IMG/VR virus record: IMGVR_UViG_3300028840_002113
DNA length: 64,000 bases
Source of the DNA: a virus
Strand: one strand, 5' to 3'
A program made the translations under genes and the position numbers. The notes beneath the pieces were generated by a model, which was given only the letters and a program-made list of their open reading frames with translations, was not told where the DNA came from and did no database searches. Below are positions 25,797 through 34,850 of this stretch, in pieces (the first letter of the stretch is position 1; each line of letters opens with the position of its first letter).

Positions 25797-25985
25797 ATGG
25801 ACCCAAAGACATTCGACAAGAACGGAATCTGCCTGTTCTGCAGAAAGTGCAAGAGGCATCGTACGTTCTATTCTAAGTTCTGTACGAACTGCAATCAGGA
25901 CGCGACCGATTCATATATTGCCCAGATGGTCGCTCAGGGATGGACGCTCGTCTGGGATAAGAACGGCATCAGGAGGCTGAGATGA
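25797..25985 (+). CDS. zinc-ribbon protein
   Basis: CLFCRKC ... FCTNCNQ. 62 aa. Preceded by cassette copy 4. ATGA overlap with the next gene. Confidence 0.5.
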   Translation: MDPKTFDKNGICLFCRKCKRHRTFYSKFCTNCNQDATDSYIAQMVAQGWTLVWDKNGIRRLR

Positions 25986-26380
25986 GCCAGTCATACGAAG
26001 AACGACTGAGGATACCGATGGAAGGGCGACCGCTCATGCGGTTTGAAACAAGAGATGGAAAGCATATCGCGACAGGCTATATTCGTATCGTTATAGGCGA
26101 CCGAGGACCATACATAGAGTTCGGCCCTGAAAACATCGTCAAGGGTTCATTGCATATACCGAGGAGTACGATATGGAGGCAGGGTTCAAGGAAAGCGTTC
26201 TATATCGAATACCGTTCAGCGTGTCCTTCGTTCGTGAAGGTATATCTGCAAAAGAGATCGGTTGATTATGCAGATTATAAGAAAGGGCTCTACTACATTT
26301 CGCCTTTTGATCTGCTCGCGAACGGGCAGACGATAATAGAACCGAAGAAGAATACACCGAAAGTCAGGAGGCTGATATGA
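25982..26380 (+). CDS. hypothetical protein
   Basis: 132-aa ORF with CAGGAGG upstream. Confidence 0.55.
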   Translation: MSQSYEERLRIPMEGRPLMRFETRDGKHIATGYIRIVIGDRGPYIEFGPENIVKGSLHIPRSTIWRQGSRKAFYIEYRSACPSFVKVYLQKRSVDYADYKKGLYYISPFDLLANGQTIIEPKKNTPKVRRLI

Positions 26381-26760
26381 AAGTGGAAGTGATACTGTTC
26401 AACTTCGCGGAACAGCAAATATACAGAACACCGAACAAAGAGATGGGAGAAAAGCCAGATCTCCCAGACGGTTCAGCGTATGCGATCCCTGAAACCTTGC
26501 TGACCTATGAAGACTGCAAGAAACTGATGGCGATCGTGTTCTACATGAATCATGGGAATCATCTGCCCGAGGATGGAGCGTTCGGTGCTCTATTGGTCTT
26601 CCCTGGACAGCCAGGACCGGAAATGACAATGATCATGCCCAGAAGCACAAACGATATCGCCCTGACTTCGCTTCAGGCGAATGCCGATCGGCTCAAGTGT
26701 ACGGCGATGAAGATCAGAGTCGTGCGCGGAATGGTAAAGATACCGAATGAAGACCGATGA
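26377..26760 (+). CDS. hypothetical protein
   Basis: 127-aa ORF with CAGGAGG upstream and an ATGA overlap. Confidence 0.55.
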   Translation: MKVEVILFNFAEQQIYRTPNKEMGEKPDLPDGSAYAIPETLLTYEDCKKLMAIVFYMNHGNHLPEDGAFGALLVFPGQPGPEMTMIMPRSTNDIALTSLQANADRLKCTAMKIRVVRGMVKIPNEDR

Positions 26761-26941
26761 AATACTTGCGCTCATATATGGAGCCGTCGTCGTTGTCTAT
26801 CTGATCTGGTTCTTCGTGTGGATCAGCAGAATAGACAAAGAGGAAAGCAAGTGGAGCGTCCACTTTCAATATCCCCATAGTAGGCGACCCTCTACTAATA
26901 ACCTCATGGTAGACGACCCTCCCGATTCCAAGGAGGCCTGA
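26747..26941 (+). CDS. small membrane protein
   Basis: One hydrophobic helix, ILALIYGAVVVVYLIWFFVWI. 64 aa. Confidence 0.45.
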   Translation: MKTDEILALIYGAVVVVYLIWFFVWISRIDKEESKWSVHFQYPHSRRPSTNNLMVDDPPDSKEA

Positions 26942-26942
26942 T

Positions 26943-27188
26943 ATGCCGAGAGAAGAATGGCGGGAAGGGAACCGAGTACACTACAAAGAATATCGCGTGA
27001 TAGGTAAGGAAACAAAGGTTGAGGAAGCCGATAAGATACTGGACGAGCATAACGTCCCAGTCCCTACAAAGAAAAGTGTCCTGAAAGCGTTAGAGATATT
27101 CGATGGCGAACTGGTCCTGATAAGCGAACGTATCCCAGGAACGGAAAGGCGTCGTATAGTCTGGAGCAGGAACCATGGACAAGGCTGA
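26943..27188 (+). CDS. hypothetical protein
   Basis: 81-aa ORF with AAGGAGG upstream. Confidence 0.5.
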   Translation: MPREEWREGNRVHYKEYRVIGKETKVEEADKILDEHNVPVPTKKSVLKALEIFDGELVLISERIPGTERRRIVWSRNHGQG

Positions 27189-27681
27189 AAGAATAAAGAT
27201 GGCTCGCGCTCTTGCTAATAGTCACCGAAGCGTGATGCAAGCAAGGCAGGAATTCCATGACGGGCTGAGGGAGATAAAGGAGAGGGTTGAATGCCCTACC
27301 CTTCGCTCCCTATTAAACGATCTGTCTGGCGAGTACTCAGGACTCAGTTCAATGCTCCGCCTTGCACTCGTACAGCTGGACGTGGATATCAGGGTATTCG
27401 TAGAGCGAAATGAAGTCCGGTTTAAGGACGATCCAATACAGGCTGAAATAGATAACGAATACCTTCCACCATTATTCAGGATCCTTGAGCCAGTAGAAAC
27501 GCTCAGCGATCTACCTGATCAAGCAGAAGACCACGATTCAGTCTTCGTAAAGGCTGAAGATATTGCATACGTCTACACCGAAGAGCATGGATGGGAAAAG
27601 CTGCCCGACCATGTCGCAAGAGAGCGAGGAGGAGACGATGACATTCGAGGACGCATGGAACGCTCTGGCGAACAAGAATAA
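27175..27681 (+). CDS. hypothetical protein
   Basis: 168-aa ORF overlapping its neighbours by 14 and 44 nt. Confidence 0.5.
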   Translation: MDKAERIKMARALANSHRSVMQARQEFHDGLREIKERVECPTLRSLLNDLSGEYSGLSSMLRLALVQLDVDIRVFVERNEVRFKDDPIQAEIDNEYLPPLFRILEPVETLSDLPDQAEDHDSVFVKAEDIAYVYTEEHGWEKLPDHVARERGGDDDIRGRMERSGEQE

Positions 27682-27883
27682 AAAGATAAACAATCCCGAC
27701 GCAGAGATTACATTCAAGGCAGGGAACCTGAAGAAGCTACTGAAACAGATATACGATCAGGGGTTCAAGGCTTCCCAGGATATGCACGAGGCAGCTCGTG
27801 CGTTCAAGGAAGCGGGAAAGAGCAGGGAAGGCCCGATGGATATGTTTGACCAGATGTTCGATGGCGGATTCGGTAGGAGATAA
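27638..27883 (+). CDS. hypothetical protein
   Basis: ATG 27638 follows GAGGAGGAGA, inside track ORF 27563..27883. Confidence 0.45.
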   Translation: MTFEDAWNALANKNKKINNPDAEITFKAGNLKKLLKQIYDQGFKASQDMHEAARAFKEAGKSREGPMDMFDQMFDGGFGRR

Positions 27884-27887
27884 AAGG

Positions 27888-28145
27888 ATGATAATTAAAT
27901 GGGACGATAAGACAATCGATCTGCCTGAGGATAGGCCGATTGAAATACTGCTACACCGAAACGATAATATAGGGATGAAGCTGCATGGGAACGAACACGT
28001 CCTAATCACGTTGAGCAAGGGCGACAGAAAGAAGCCGATTGAAGATATAGCAGATACTCTATTCAAGTTCCCGTTTCCTTTGCACATGAACCCGGCATTC
28101 ATGCCCAGAAAGGGAAAGAAAGTGCAGGAGGAAAATGAATGGTAG
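27888..28145 (+). CDS. hypothetical protein
   Basis: ATG 27888 follows AAAGGA, inside track ORF 27798..28145. Confidence 0.45.
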   Translation: MIIKWDDKTIDLPEDRPIEILLHRNDNIGMKLHGNEHVLITLSKGDRKKPIEDIADTLFKFPFPLHMNPAFMPRKGKKVQEENEW

Positions 28146-28160
28146 AGGAGGAGGAATAGG

Positions 28161-28379
28161 ATGCGGAAACATATCCCGTGGAGCGTCGCAGTAAAGAACA
28201 CCAAAGTCGCCGAGGAGCGTGAGTATATGCACGATAGAAGGCTCGTATTGTTATTCGGCCAAGATGCGGAATATATCAAGGGATTACTACAGGAGAGCCC
28301 GGATATTACGATCAAGGAACTATCCGACAGGCTGTTCGAGAAAGGGAGGAGCGTTTTATTTACTGCCTGTCCACGATAA
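28161..28379 (+). CDS. hypothetical protein
   Basis: 72-aa ORF with GAGGAGGAGGA upstream. Confidence 0.5.
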   Translation: MRKHIPWSVAVKNTKVAEEREYMHDRRLVLLFGQDAEYIKGLLQESPDITIKELSDRLFEKGRSVLFTACPR

Positions 28380-28391
28380 GGGAGGAAGAAG

Positions 28392-28619
28392 ATGGTAGAG
28401 CCAGGACAGAAGTGGAGAGTGATTAAAGATACGAGCATACTAAAGAAAGGCGACATCATATACGTCGGGAAGCATCAGGTGAAAAGAACCTTCGGGCCGA
28501 ATAGATTAAATATGTTCGCCGATATGACTCTGCCGTATGAACCGAGGGAAAGGATATTAGCAGAAGGAACAATTGATCAGGCGTTCTTGGAAGACATAGC
28601 AGAACTGATACCAGCATAG
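28392..28619 (+). CDS. hypothetical protein
   Basis: 75-aa ORF with GGGAGGAAG upstream. Confidence 0.5.
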   Translation: MVEPGQKWRVIKDTSILKKGDIIYVGKHQVKRTFGPNRLNMFADMTLPYEPRERILAEGTIDQAFLEDIAELIPA

Positions 28620-28631
28620 GAAAGGAAAGCC

Positions 28632-28811
28632 ATGAGTAAATCATATTCGCTACCACCGAAAGAACTCGATCCGCTGACAGGAAGCATAGACTGGGAAAGA
28701 ATATATCTGGCATCAACAGAAGCCTTGAAACGTGCAAGGGAATCAGGAAGCGTAATCCTACTCAGTACACAGAAAAAGAAAACGCATCCGCTCAACCATG
28801 CAAAGGAATAA
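28632..28811 (+). CDS. hypothetical micro-protein (59 aa, below the ORF-track cutoff)
   Basis: Hand-translated: MSKSYSLPPKELDPLTGSIDWERIYLASTEALKRARESGS... AGGAAAGGAAAG lies upstream. Shares a 20-nt repeat with the next ORF. Confidence 0.4.
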   Translation: MSKSYSLPPKELDPLTGSIDWERIYLASTEALKRARESGSVILLSTQKKKTHPLNHAKE

Positions 28812-28815
28812 AGAT

Positions 28816-28953
28816 ATGCCGAAAAGAAAACGAATGCTAATAACGCTTGAACTCAACCCGAAAGATATACAAAGGAAGATAGAGGCCTATCTGAAACGTG
28901 CAAAGGAATCAAAGACACAGGAAGGCAATACCAATCAACAGCAAGAATCATAG
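28816..28953 (+). CDS. hypothetical micro-protein (45 aa, below the ORF-track cutoff)
   Basis: Hand-translated: MPKRKRMLITLELNPKDIQRKIEAYLKRAKESKTQEGNTNQQQES. AAGGA lies upstream. Confidence 0.35.
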   Translation: MPKRKRMLITLELNPKDIQRKIEAYLKRAKESKTQEGNTNQQQES

Positions 28954-29100
28954 GCATCTCATACGAACGTCATAGAGTCAGGGGCAGAGAGAGGCGAGTC
29001 AGGGTATGAGGGTAGAAACCTAGCTTGCCCTCTCCGCTGACCCTTCCTCCTCCGGGCAGGGTCGGTTCTGCCCGTGCTATCCGTAGGCTCGTCCGTAGGG

Positions 29101-29373
29101 ATGAAACGGGGCGATATACTCATGGAAATCCTTCACCATGAACGATATACGGATGAAAGGGTCGGAAACCCCTACCCTATACAGGGGGGAAGGGTACAAT
29201 CGCCAGGAGACGTCATGCTGGCGTCTCGTACAGTCGGTCTAATGGCTTGCAGGGGCGACGCCAGGAAGGGGGAGAGTACCATCATGAGGACAGGGGACGA
29301 AAACCGAGCACGGGCGAAACTGGGAAGAATGGCGAGGATATTAAGATCATTAGGAATAAAATTAAGTTTATGA
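29101..29373 (+). CDS. doubtful small ORF inside a hairpin-rich region
   Basis: ATG 29101 within track ORF 29074..29373. There is no good SD. The region may instead be a structured RNA (see findings). Confidence 0.25.
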   Translation: MKRGDILMEILHHERYTDERVGNPYPIQGGRVQSPGDVMLASRTVGLMACRGDARKGESTIMRTGDENRARAKLGRMARILRSLGIKLSL

Positions 29374-29601
29374 AAAAAGGTTTTCGTTTTTTTAAGAAAG
29401 TGGATTCTCATACTTTATAATAGCACAGAATTTCGCCTCACCCTGAGTCATTTTCGGGGAAACGGATGAACGGGCATCGTGAAAGCGGAGAATACCTTCA
29501 GATCGTCCTCCCAGGGATGGAGTCTACCGATGGGCGTCGTAGAGCGGTTCATGAGGCAGTCAGCATCGGGCGGAAACCCGTTCAGGCAGAGAGGAACAGC
29601 C

Positions 29602-29826
29602 ATGAACGATTCAGCATCGTCAGGGCTTTCGGCGGAAGACTGGGAAGCAAGGAAAGACGCGATTCAACAAAGGCTCGCGGAAATCAAATGGGAACTGGAT
29701 GAGTTAAATACGGGGATGACCGAAGAGAATAAATCAGCGACCCTTGCACGAGTCGCCGAATTAGATATGGAACTGGAAAGGCTCAACCTGGAGATCGATT
29801 CTATGATCGATCTTGGAGAGGAATAA
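29602..29826 (+). CDS. hypothetical coiled-coil protein
   Basis: ATG 29602 follows GAGAGGAA. The track ORF begins at GTG 29479, so the start is uncertain. Confidence 0.45.
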   Translation: MNDSASSGLSAEDWEARKDAIQQRLAEIKWELDELNTGMTEENKSATLARVAELDMELERLNLEIDSMIDLGEE

Positions 29827-29829
29827 ATC

Positions 29830-30198
29830 ATGGACAATATCGAAACCGTCGGCGAAAGAAAGTGCATCCTCTTCGAGCGGGACATCAGGGATCAGAAGGG
29901 TCCATGGGCTCCAGGATGGTATCTCAACAGATGTCATCAATGCGGGAAGCAATTCGTGGGAGACAAACTTGCGCGAATGTGCGCTCCCTGTGCATACGAG
30001 GATCCACCGAACACGCAGATTCATGTCGGCCTTGTTCTGCAACCGAAAGAGCATCTACAGGACTGGCCGGATGAAAAGGCCGAGGTCGTCCGCCACGATC
30101 TCAAGCTGGGATGGTTCATCGTGGTCGGGGATAACTTCAGCCGATGGTATAAGGACGAAGCCGATATCTGGAAAGACTTCGACGAGATCAAGAAATAG
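29830..30198 (+). CDS. hypothetical zinc-ribbon protein
   Basis: CHQCGKQ ... MCAPCAY. GGAGAGGA lies upstream. Confidence 0.55.
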   Translation: MDNIETVGERKCILFERDIRDQKGPWAPGWYLNRCHQCGKQFVGDKLARMCAPCAYEDPPNTQIHVGLVLQPKEHLQDWPDEKAEVVRHDLKLGWFIVVGDNFSRWYKDEADIWKDFDEIKK

Positions 30199-30210
30199 GG
30201 AACCCCTTAT

Positions 30211-30399
30211 ATGCCGAAAGTACATTTTCAATTCCGGATCGGCAAACAGACAAATGGACAGAATACGATTTGCGGGATAAGGGCATCCAGAATCACAGGG
30301 ATCAAGGGTTCGGTCACCTGCAAGAGATGTCTCAAGGTATTAGATCAGGATGATTCGCCAAAGGAAGGCCAGAGGGAAACCATATCGTCGCTCGTGTAG
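30211..30399 (+). CDS. hypothetical protein
   Basis: 62-aa ORF in the co-directional array. Confidence 0.4.
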   Translation: MPKVHFQFRIGKQTNGQNTICGIRASRITGIKGSVTCKRCLKVLDQDDSPKEGQRETISSLV

Positions 30400-30408
30400 A
30401 GGGATAGA

Positions 30409-30648
30409 ATGCCTGAAGAAAATATAGAAACAGGATGGCTCATAGAGCGGTTCGCCGAATCAGGGAACAGCCTCAATGTCGCCTTGCGAGTCTGCGATGG
30501 ATGCTGGTCGTTCGATCTGTTCGATCGGGCAATTCGGTTCGCAAGAAAGGAAGACGCCGAGGCGGTCGGCAAACTGGTCTTCACTCAGTTCTTTCATTGC
30601 TGGGGTGAGAAGATAACCTGGAAGGCGACCGAGCATTCGTGGGGATAG
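30409..30648 (+). CDS. hypothetical protein
   Basis: 79-aa ORF with AGAGGGA upstream. Confidence 0.5.
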   Translation: MPEENIETGWLIERFAESGNSLNVALRVCDGCWSFDLFDRAIRFARKEDAEAVGKLVFTQFFHCWGEKITWKATEHSWG

Positions 30649-30652
30649 GCTC

Positions 30653-30916
30653 ATGCCGAAACAAAGACAAATGAAATACAGCATGAGCGGTCCTGCACTC
30701 GTGCGGGAATTCGATGCACTCGTCCCGCTTTCACCTGACGAAGCAGAAACGAAACTAAGAGGTCAGAACGTATATAAACTCCAGCTCATGGCCTACATGA
30801 TTCAGCAAGTAAACGAGGGCAAGGTCATTCTCGAGAATATAACGCAAGTCATCGTCTGGGACGATCCGATAAAGGGGCAGCTCATAGAGATACAGGGTAG
30901 GGGATGGCGGAAATGA
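30653..30916 (+). CDS. hypothetical protein
   Basis: 87-aa ORF, tightly packed. Confidence 0.5.
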   Translation: MPKQRQMKYSMSGPALVREFDALVPLSPDEAETKLRGQNVYKLQLMAYMIQQVNEGKVILENITQVIVWDDPIKGQLIEIQGRGWRK

Positions 30917-31092
30917 ACGGACGGCCAATCTATACGGGCGGACTCGGCCTCTGGTTCTACAGTCTGCCTCGATGGAGACAGATCATATTCCGCATCTGGG
31001 ACACGATAGGGCAATTGAGCCGACCTCTCGTCTGGTCGGTATGGCGGAGACCGCCAGATAGCCTGATGGCTTGGAATGAAAGGAGAAAGTGA
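30904..31092 (+). CDS. hypothetical Trp-rich protein
   Basis: 62-aa ORF that bridges its neighbours with short overlaps. Confidence 0.35.
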   Translation: MAEMNGRPIYTGGLGLWFYSLPRWRQIIFRIWDTIGQLSRPLVWSVWRRPPDSLMAWNERRK

Positions 31093-31628
31093 TGGGAATC
31101 AAGATTGCGACGTGCGACGACTGCGGAAAAGAACTCCAGGACCACGAAATATATATGGACCATGATCAGATGGTTCGATGCAAGGTCTGCGACCTCAAGA
31201 GCGATCTTGCAAAAGAAGAGGCTCTATATAAAAGCCGAAGCGTCTCCTTCGATGCTCAGGCAAAGATAATGAAGGAAATACGAGTCAGGATCAAGGGTCT
31301 ACGACGCCAGATACTTGAGGCTGGAGGCAATATCGGTTCAGCCAAATCTGAAGGACCAGAATATTTCCCGCTCGTATGGGAAGAAACGAAATGGAGCCCG
31401 AAGAACGTCGAAGGTCACGTGAGAGATCAGCTGGTCGCCTGTTCTTACTATGAGGAAGGGTTCTGTTGGAGAATCCGCAAGGACGATCACGGCCAGCTGT
31501 ATCTCGCAAACGACCCGGAACTCATGCTCCCGTTCTACGAGAAGATACGATTCACCGACCTGGAAGCTGCGAAGGCGTTCTGCGAGAACGAAAATAGAGC
31601 ATCGTTCCGGGCGGAGACAGGCTCATGA
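31092..31628 (+). CDS. hypothetical zinc-ribbon protein
   Basis: ATG 31092 follows AGGAG. CDDCGKE ... RCKVCD. Confidence 0.55.
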   Translation: MGIKIATCDDCGKELQDHEIYMDHDQMVRCKVCDLKSDLAKEEALYKSRSVSFDAQAKIMKEIRVRIKGLRRQILEAGGNIGSAKSEGPEYFPLVWEETKWSPKNVEGHVRDQLVACSYYEEGFCWRIRKDDHGQLYLANDPELMLPFYEKIRFTDLEAAKAFCENENRASFRAETGS

Positions 31629-32062
31629 AACGCATCCATCCAGGCAAGATCCGGCATGATCAGCGTCGCAAGAACAAGATCATGCGGAAGCAGAATAAGT
31701 TCCGGCGTTCAGCGGAACGACAGGAACGTCGGCGCAAGGTTAAATTCCAAGAGCAGGTCTTCCAGTCCAATTTCGCGCTCAGGAACGAATGGGAAGCGCA
31801 AGCTGCCCAAGAACGAATGATGCGTCGGATTGGTTTGTATAGCGATCGCGGATTCGACTGCGACTTTGAAAAGGTAATCGCAGAGATCAGCGAGATGGCT
31901 GAAAGGGCAAGGCAGGATCATGCCCTTCGGGAACTTGCATCCATCGTCGCCGATGCGATGCGGACAGGAGAATCGATCACCGTCGAAAACGGATGCGTTT
32001 TGATCGGTAGCAGGGTAACTCGGATTCGCGTCACAGATTCAACGGCGACGATTGAATGGTAG
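31625..32062 (+). CDS. hypothetical protein with basic N-terminus
   Basis: 145-aa ORF with an ATGA overlap. Confidence 0.5.
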   Translation: MKRIHPGKIRHDQRRKNKIMRKQNKFRRSAERQERRRKVKFQEQVFQSNFALRNEWEAQAAQERMMRRIGLYSDRGFDCDFEKVIAEISEMAERARQDHALRELASIVADAMRTGESITVENGCVLIGSRVTRIRVTDSTATIEW

Positions 32063-32072
32063 GAGAAAGATC

Positions 32073-32420
32073 ATGCAGACGACTCCGGTACCGAAGCCGA
32101 AGCGATCTTGCAAGAAATGTGGATCGCCCCTCGAGATGCCCAATCCGTTCGGGCGCGGACACGTGATCAAGGATTCCGAGGAGGAGGATGGCGTCTGCGG
32201 ATACTGCCTCGGCAAGAAGAAAAAGGTCGATCAGTATGTCCCAACGATCCCGGAAGGCACGATCCATCCGAAGGAACGCACGATCGCCTTCAAGGAGGCT
32301 CTGCTCCGCAAGGCCACGAAGGAAGCTGCGGAAAAGGTGAAACGGGACGCGGTCGCTGAGCAGAATCGCAAGGATCAGGGAGTCGCCGAGGACAAGGTCA
32401 AGGAAAAGAAGGACAAGTGA
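32073..32420 (+). CDS. hypothetical zinc-ribbon protein with Lys-rich tail
   Basis: ATG 32073 follows GGTAGGAGAAAG. CKKCGSP ... VCGYCLG. Confidence 0.5.
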   Translation: MQTTPVPKPKRSCKKCGSPLEMPNPFGRGHVIKDSEEEDGVCGYCLGKKKKVDQYVPTIPEGTIHPKERTIAFKEALLRKATKEAAEKVKRDAVAEQNRKDQGVAEDKVKEKKDK

Positions 32421-32446
32421 GCCGACCTCCAGAAGGAGAACCTGCT

Positions 32447-32629
32447 ATGAAAGAAACGATCTACACTTGCAATCTCTGCAAGTCGAACCAGAAGGAAAAC
32501 AATCTGGTCGCGTACAGGATCACGCATCAGAACAGGATCGAGCTCTTGCCGAGCCCGGAGGACATCAGGATGGGCGAGAACCATCTGTGCAAACCCTGTA
32601 TCCAGCGGATCAAAACCACGAGCATCTGA
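32447..32629 (+). CDS. hypothetical zinc-ribbon protein
   Basis: ATG 32447 follows GAAGGAGAA. CNLCKSN ... LCKPCIQ. Confidence 0.45.
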   Translation: MKETIYTCNLCKSNQKENNLVAYRITHQNRIELLPSPEDIRMGENHLCKPCIQRIKTTSI

Positions 32630-32636
32630 GGGAGCG

Positions 32637-32825
32637 ATGGTCGAAGCATTAAAAGATTCTGACCCGATGCCCTTTGGGAAGCACAAGGGCAAGGAAATGA
32701 GGGATGTCCCGGCATCCTATCTCGACTGGCTCCGTGACCAGAAATGGCTGGACGAATGGCCGAGCGTCGCAAAGTACATTGAAGAAAACGAACTCCAGAT
32801 CAATCAAGAGTTAGAAGAGGGATAA
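32637..32825 (+). CDS. DUF3820-like protein
   Basis: MPFGKHKGKEMRDVPASYLDWL matches the remembered DUF3820 signature (MPFGKYKG....P..YL.WL). Confidence 0.55.
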   Translation: MVEALKDSDPMPFGKHKGKEMRDVPASYLDWLRDQKWLDEWPSVAKYIEENELQINQELEEG

Positions 32826-32828
32826 GCC

Positions 32829-33929
32829 ATGACGTTTCCGCTTGCTCGTCTGCCCCTGGATTACTTCGCCGACGGCGATCGTATTGCCGTCCGCTCGCTT
32901 GGTCCGGTTCAGGAAGCTCGGGATTCGCTTTCCGATCTACTGAACCGTGGACGTGGAGTGGAGCAAGGTCTGCCGTATCACGTGGACGAGGACCGTGAAG
33001 GTTCGTACGATTCCATCGAAGACGCGATTGAACAGGCAGACGCTGACTTGACGGCGGATCAGGCAATCGTCATCACGATCGATCCGAGGTCGGACCGCGA
33101 TTTCCTTCTACCGAGCGGAGGCCTGACGCTTCCGAAGAGACACGTTTTCATTCGGTCATCTGGACTATATAACAACGTCAACGGCAGACCATCTCCGGGC
33201 GGAACAGCTCTGCCGAGGATCATTGGCGATTTCGATCTTCAGGTCGCCGACGATAGGGACAGAACCATCTTCTCCCTCATCGGCCTCGTACATGAAGGAA
33301 GAATATACGGCAAGTCAAACAACCTGATCTTCATGAAGGACTCTCATTTCCATCAGGGACAGCCTCCTGACGGTTCGATTATCCGGACCCATGGATCTGA
33401 GGGTTGCATCGTACATTTCAATAACGTCTATTCAAACAACGGTCAATTCTGGATCAACGACCAGGACGACTCACCGAGTGCAGTCAAGGGAGCGGTCTAC
33501 GTCCAGAATCAGCCCATATTTCTGTTCCCGAATCAGTGGATGAAGGTAAGAAATTGCCTCGTCTACTTGCACAATATCACAATTCACCTCGTCAATTTCT
33601 TCCAGCCATTTTCGCTCATTGATGCTGTAGATACAGGGGCAAGGTTCGAGCTGTTCGGAGTGGACATCGCGAACTTCAACCTTGGTCCAACGACCGACAC
33701 GAGGCTGTTCGTGAACGCGGAGAGTGCTCATGTGGAATGGGGAGGCGTTCGTATAGACGACGTCGCCCCGTTCAATTCGCTGGACATCGGTATCACCGAC
33801 CTCGCGAGGCATGGTGGAGCACCGACGTTCGGCAGTCTGGTCGCCCCTGCAAGACCGCCGACCGGATCAGCATGGAAGGACCGGACGGCATACGCTTTCA
33901 AGATGTTCAACGGATCCATCTGGGTCTAA
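32829..33929 (+). CDS. putative receptor-binding / tail-spike-like protein, paralogue A
   Basis: The N-terminal LPLDYFADGDRIAV is shared with the 36585 gene. The remainder is repetitive and beta-rich, with Asn/Gly-rich turns. The call is by analogy. Confidence 0.4.
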   Translation: MTFPLARLPLDYFADGDRIAVRSLGPVQEARDSLSDLLNRGRGVEQGLPYHVDEDREGSYDSIEDAIEQADADLTADQAIVITIDPRSDRDFLLPSGGLTLPKRHVFIRSSGLYNNVNGRPSPGGTALPRIIGDFDLQVADDRDRTIFSLIGLVHEGRIYGKSNNLIFMKDSHFHQGQPPDGSIIRTHGSEGCIVHFNNVYSNNGQFWINDQDDSPSAVKGAVYVQNQPIFLFPNQWMKVRNCLVYLHNITIHLVNFFQPFSLIDAVDTGARFELFGVDIANFNLGPTTDTRLFVNAESAHVEWGGVRIDDVAPFNSLDIGITDLARHGGAPTFGSLVAPARPPTGSAWKDRTAYAFKMFNGSIWV

Positions 33930-33943
33930 AAAGGAGGAAGGGA

Positions 33944-34146
33944 TGGCGAAGCCTCTCGCTGAAACCATGGACTTCTATCTGCTGTTCCGGATGCTGGAAC
34001 AGGCAGACAAGGATTCAATCATCACGGCCAGAGATGGCGGAACGGAAGCGGACGTCGTGACCATATTGGAAGGCTGGAAAACAGGTCACTCGGATGCAGA
34101 TATCCGAGCACAATGCGAGGTCGTGCTGGACGCGATCGCGGAATAA
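33944..34146 (+). CDS. hypothetical protein
   Basis: ATG 33944 follows AAAGGAGGAAGGG, inside track ORF 33811..34146. Confidence 0.45.
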
Positions 34147-34186
34147 ACACGTTTCCAAGGCCAGAGAGCAAGGAAAGGAGAACGTC

Positions 34187-34480
34187 ATGGAACGCAAGTC
34201 GGTCAAGATGATGCCGGGAAGGATCCTGGTCAGGCGAAAAGATCCGGACAAGGTCACGGAAGGCGGGATCGTCATTCCGGACGTGTCCAAGAAAACATTG
34301 AACGAAGGGACCGTCGTGGAGGCTGGATTGCCTCAGGAGGAAAGCTGGTCGCCTGATGCGCCGAAGGTTCAGAAGGGCGACTACATTCTGTTCGCCCCGA
34401 TGGGAGGCGTGGACGTGCAGATCAACGGCGAAGACCTCCTCGTCATCAGTCACCACGACGTCTTCATGGTCCTGGAGTGA
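34187..34480 (+). CDS. groES: co-chaperonin GroES (Hsp10)
   Basis: Aligns along its whole length with E. coli GroES: GRILVRRKD..KVTEGGIVIPD....NEGTVVEAG....VQKGDYILF......V.INGEDLLVISHHDVFMVLE. 97 aa. Confidence 0.85.
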   Translation: MERKSVKMMPGRILVRRKDPDKVTEGGIVIPDVSKKTLNEGTVVEAGLPQEESWSPDAPKVQKGDYILFAPMGGVDVQINGEDLLVISHHDVFMVLE

Positions 34481-34481
34481 C

Positions 34482-34850
34482 ATGAGGAGACAGGCGATGA
34501 GGGGAAAGGAGATTCGGGTTGATTTAATCGGCGCGAAATCACCGTTCATCGCGAATGCGGTCAGGGCGAAAAGCCTCTTGAAGGAGGCAGCTAGATTCGC
34601 CGGAGCGACAGTCGTCGGTGAAGTCGCAGTAGACCTCGGCGAGAATGGCTCGCCTCCTGGCTTCACGGTCGCAATCTTGCTTGACGAATCTCACTTGACT
34701 GCACATTACTACACCGAGGGAGGGAAGCTCGCGTTGAACGCTTTCACTTGTGGAGAACGAGCGAAGGCGGAGAACGCGATGCAATTCATACTTGACAGGG
34801 TCAACGGCGAAGTCGTTTTCCAAGACGAGACTGGCCGATTTCCATGCTGA
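34482..34850 (+). CDS. speH: S-adenosylmethionine decarboxylase proenzyme (pyruvoyl, SpeH/SpeD class)
   Basis: Self-cleavage motif LLDESHLTAHYYTE (consensus ESH-S/T-H-T-PE), followed by LNAFTCG. About 120 aa, the size of bacterial SpeH. Confidence 0.8.
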   Translation: MRRQAMRGKEIRVDLIGAKSPFIANAVRAKSLLKEAARFAGATVVGEVAVDLGENGSPPGFTVAILLDESHLTAHYYTEGGKLALNAFTCGERAKAENAMQFILDRVNGEVVFQDETGRFPC

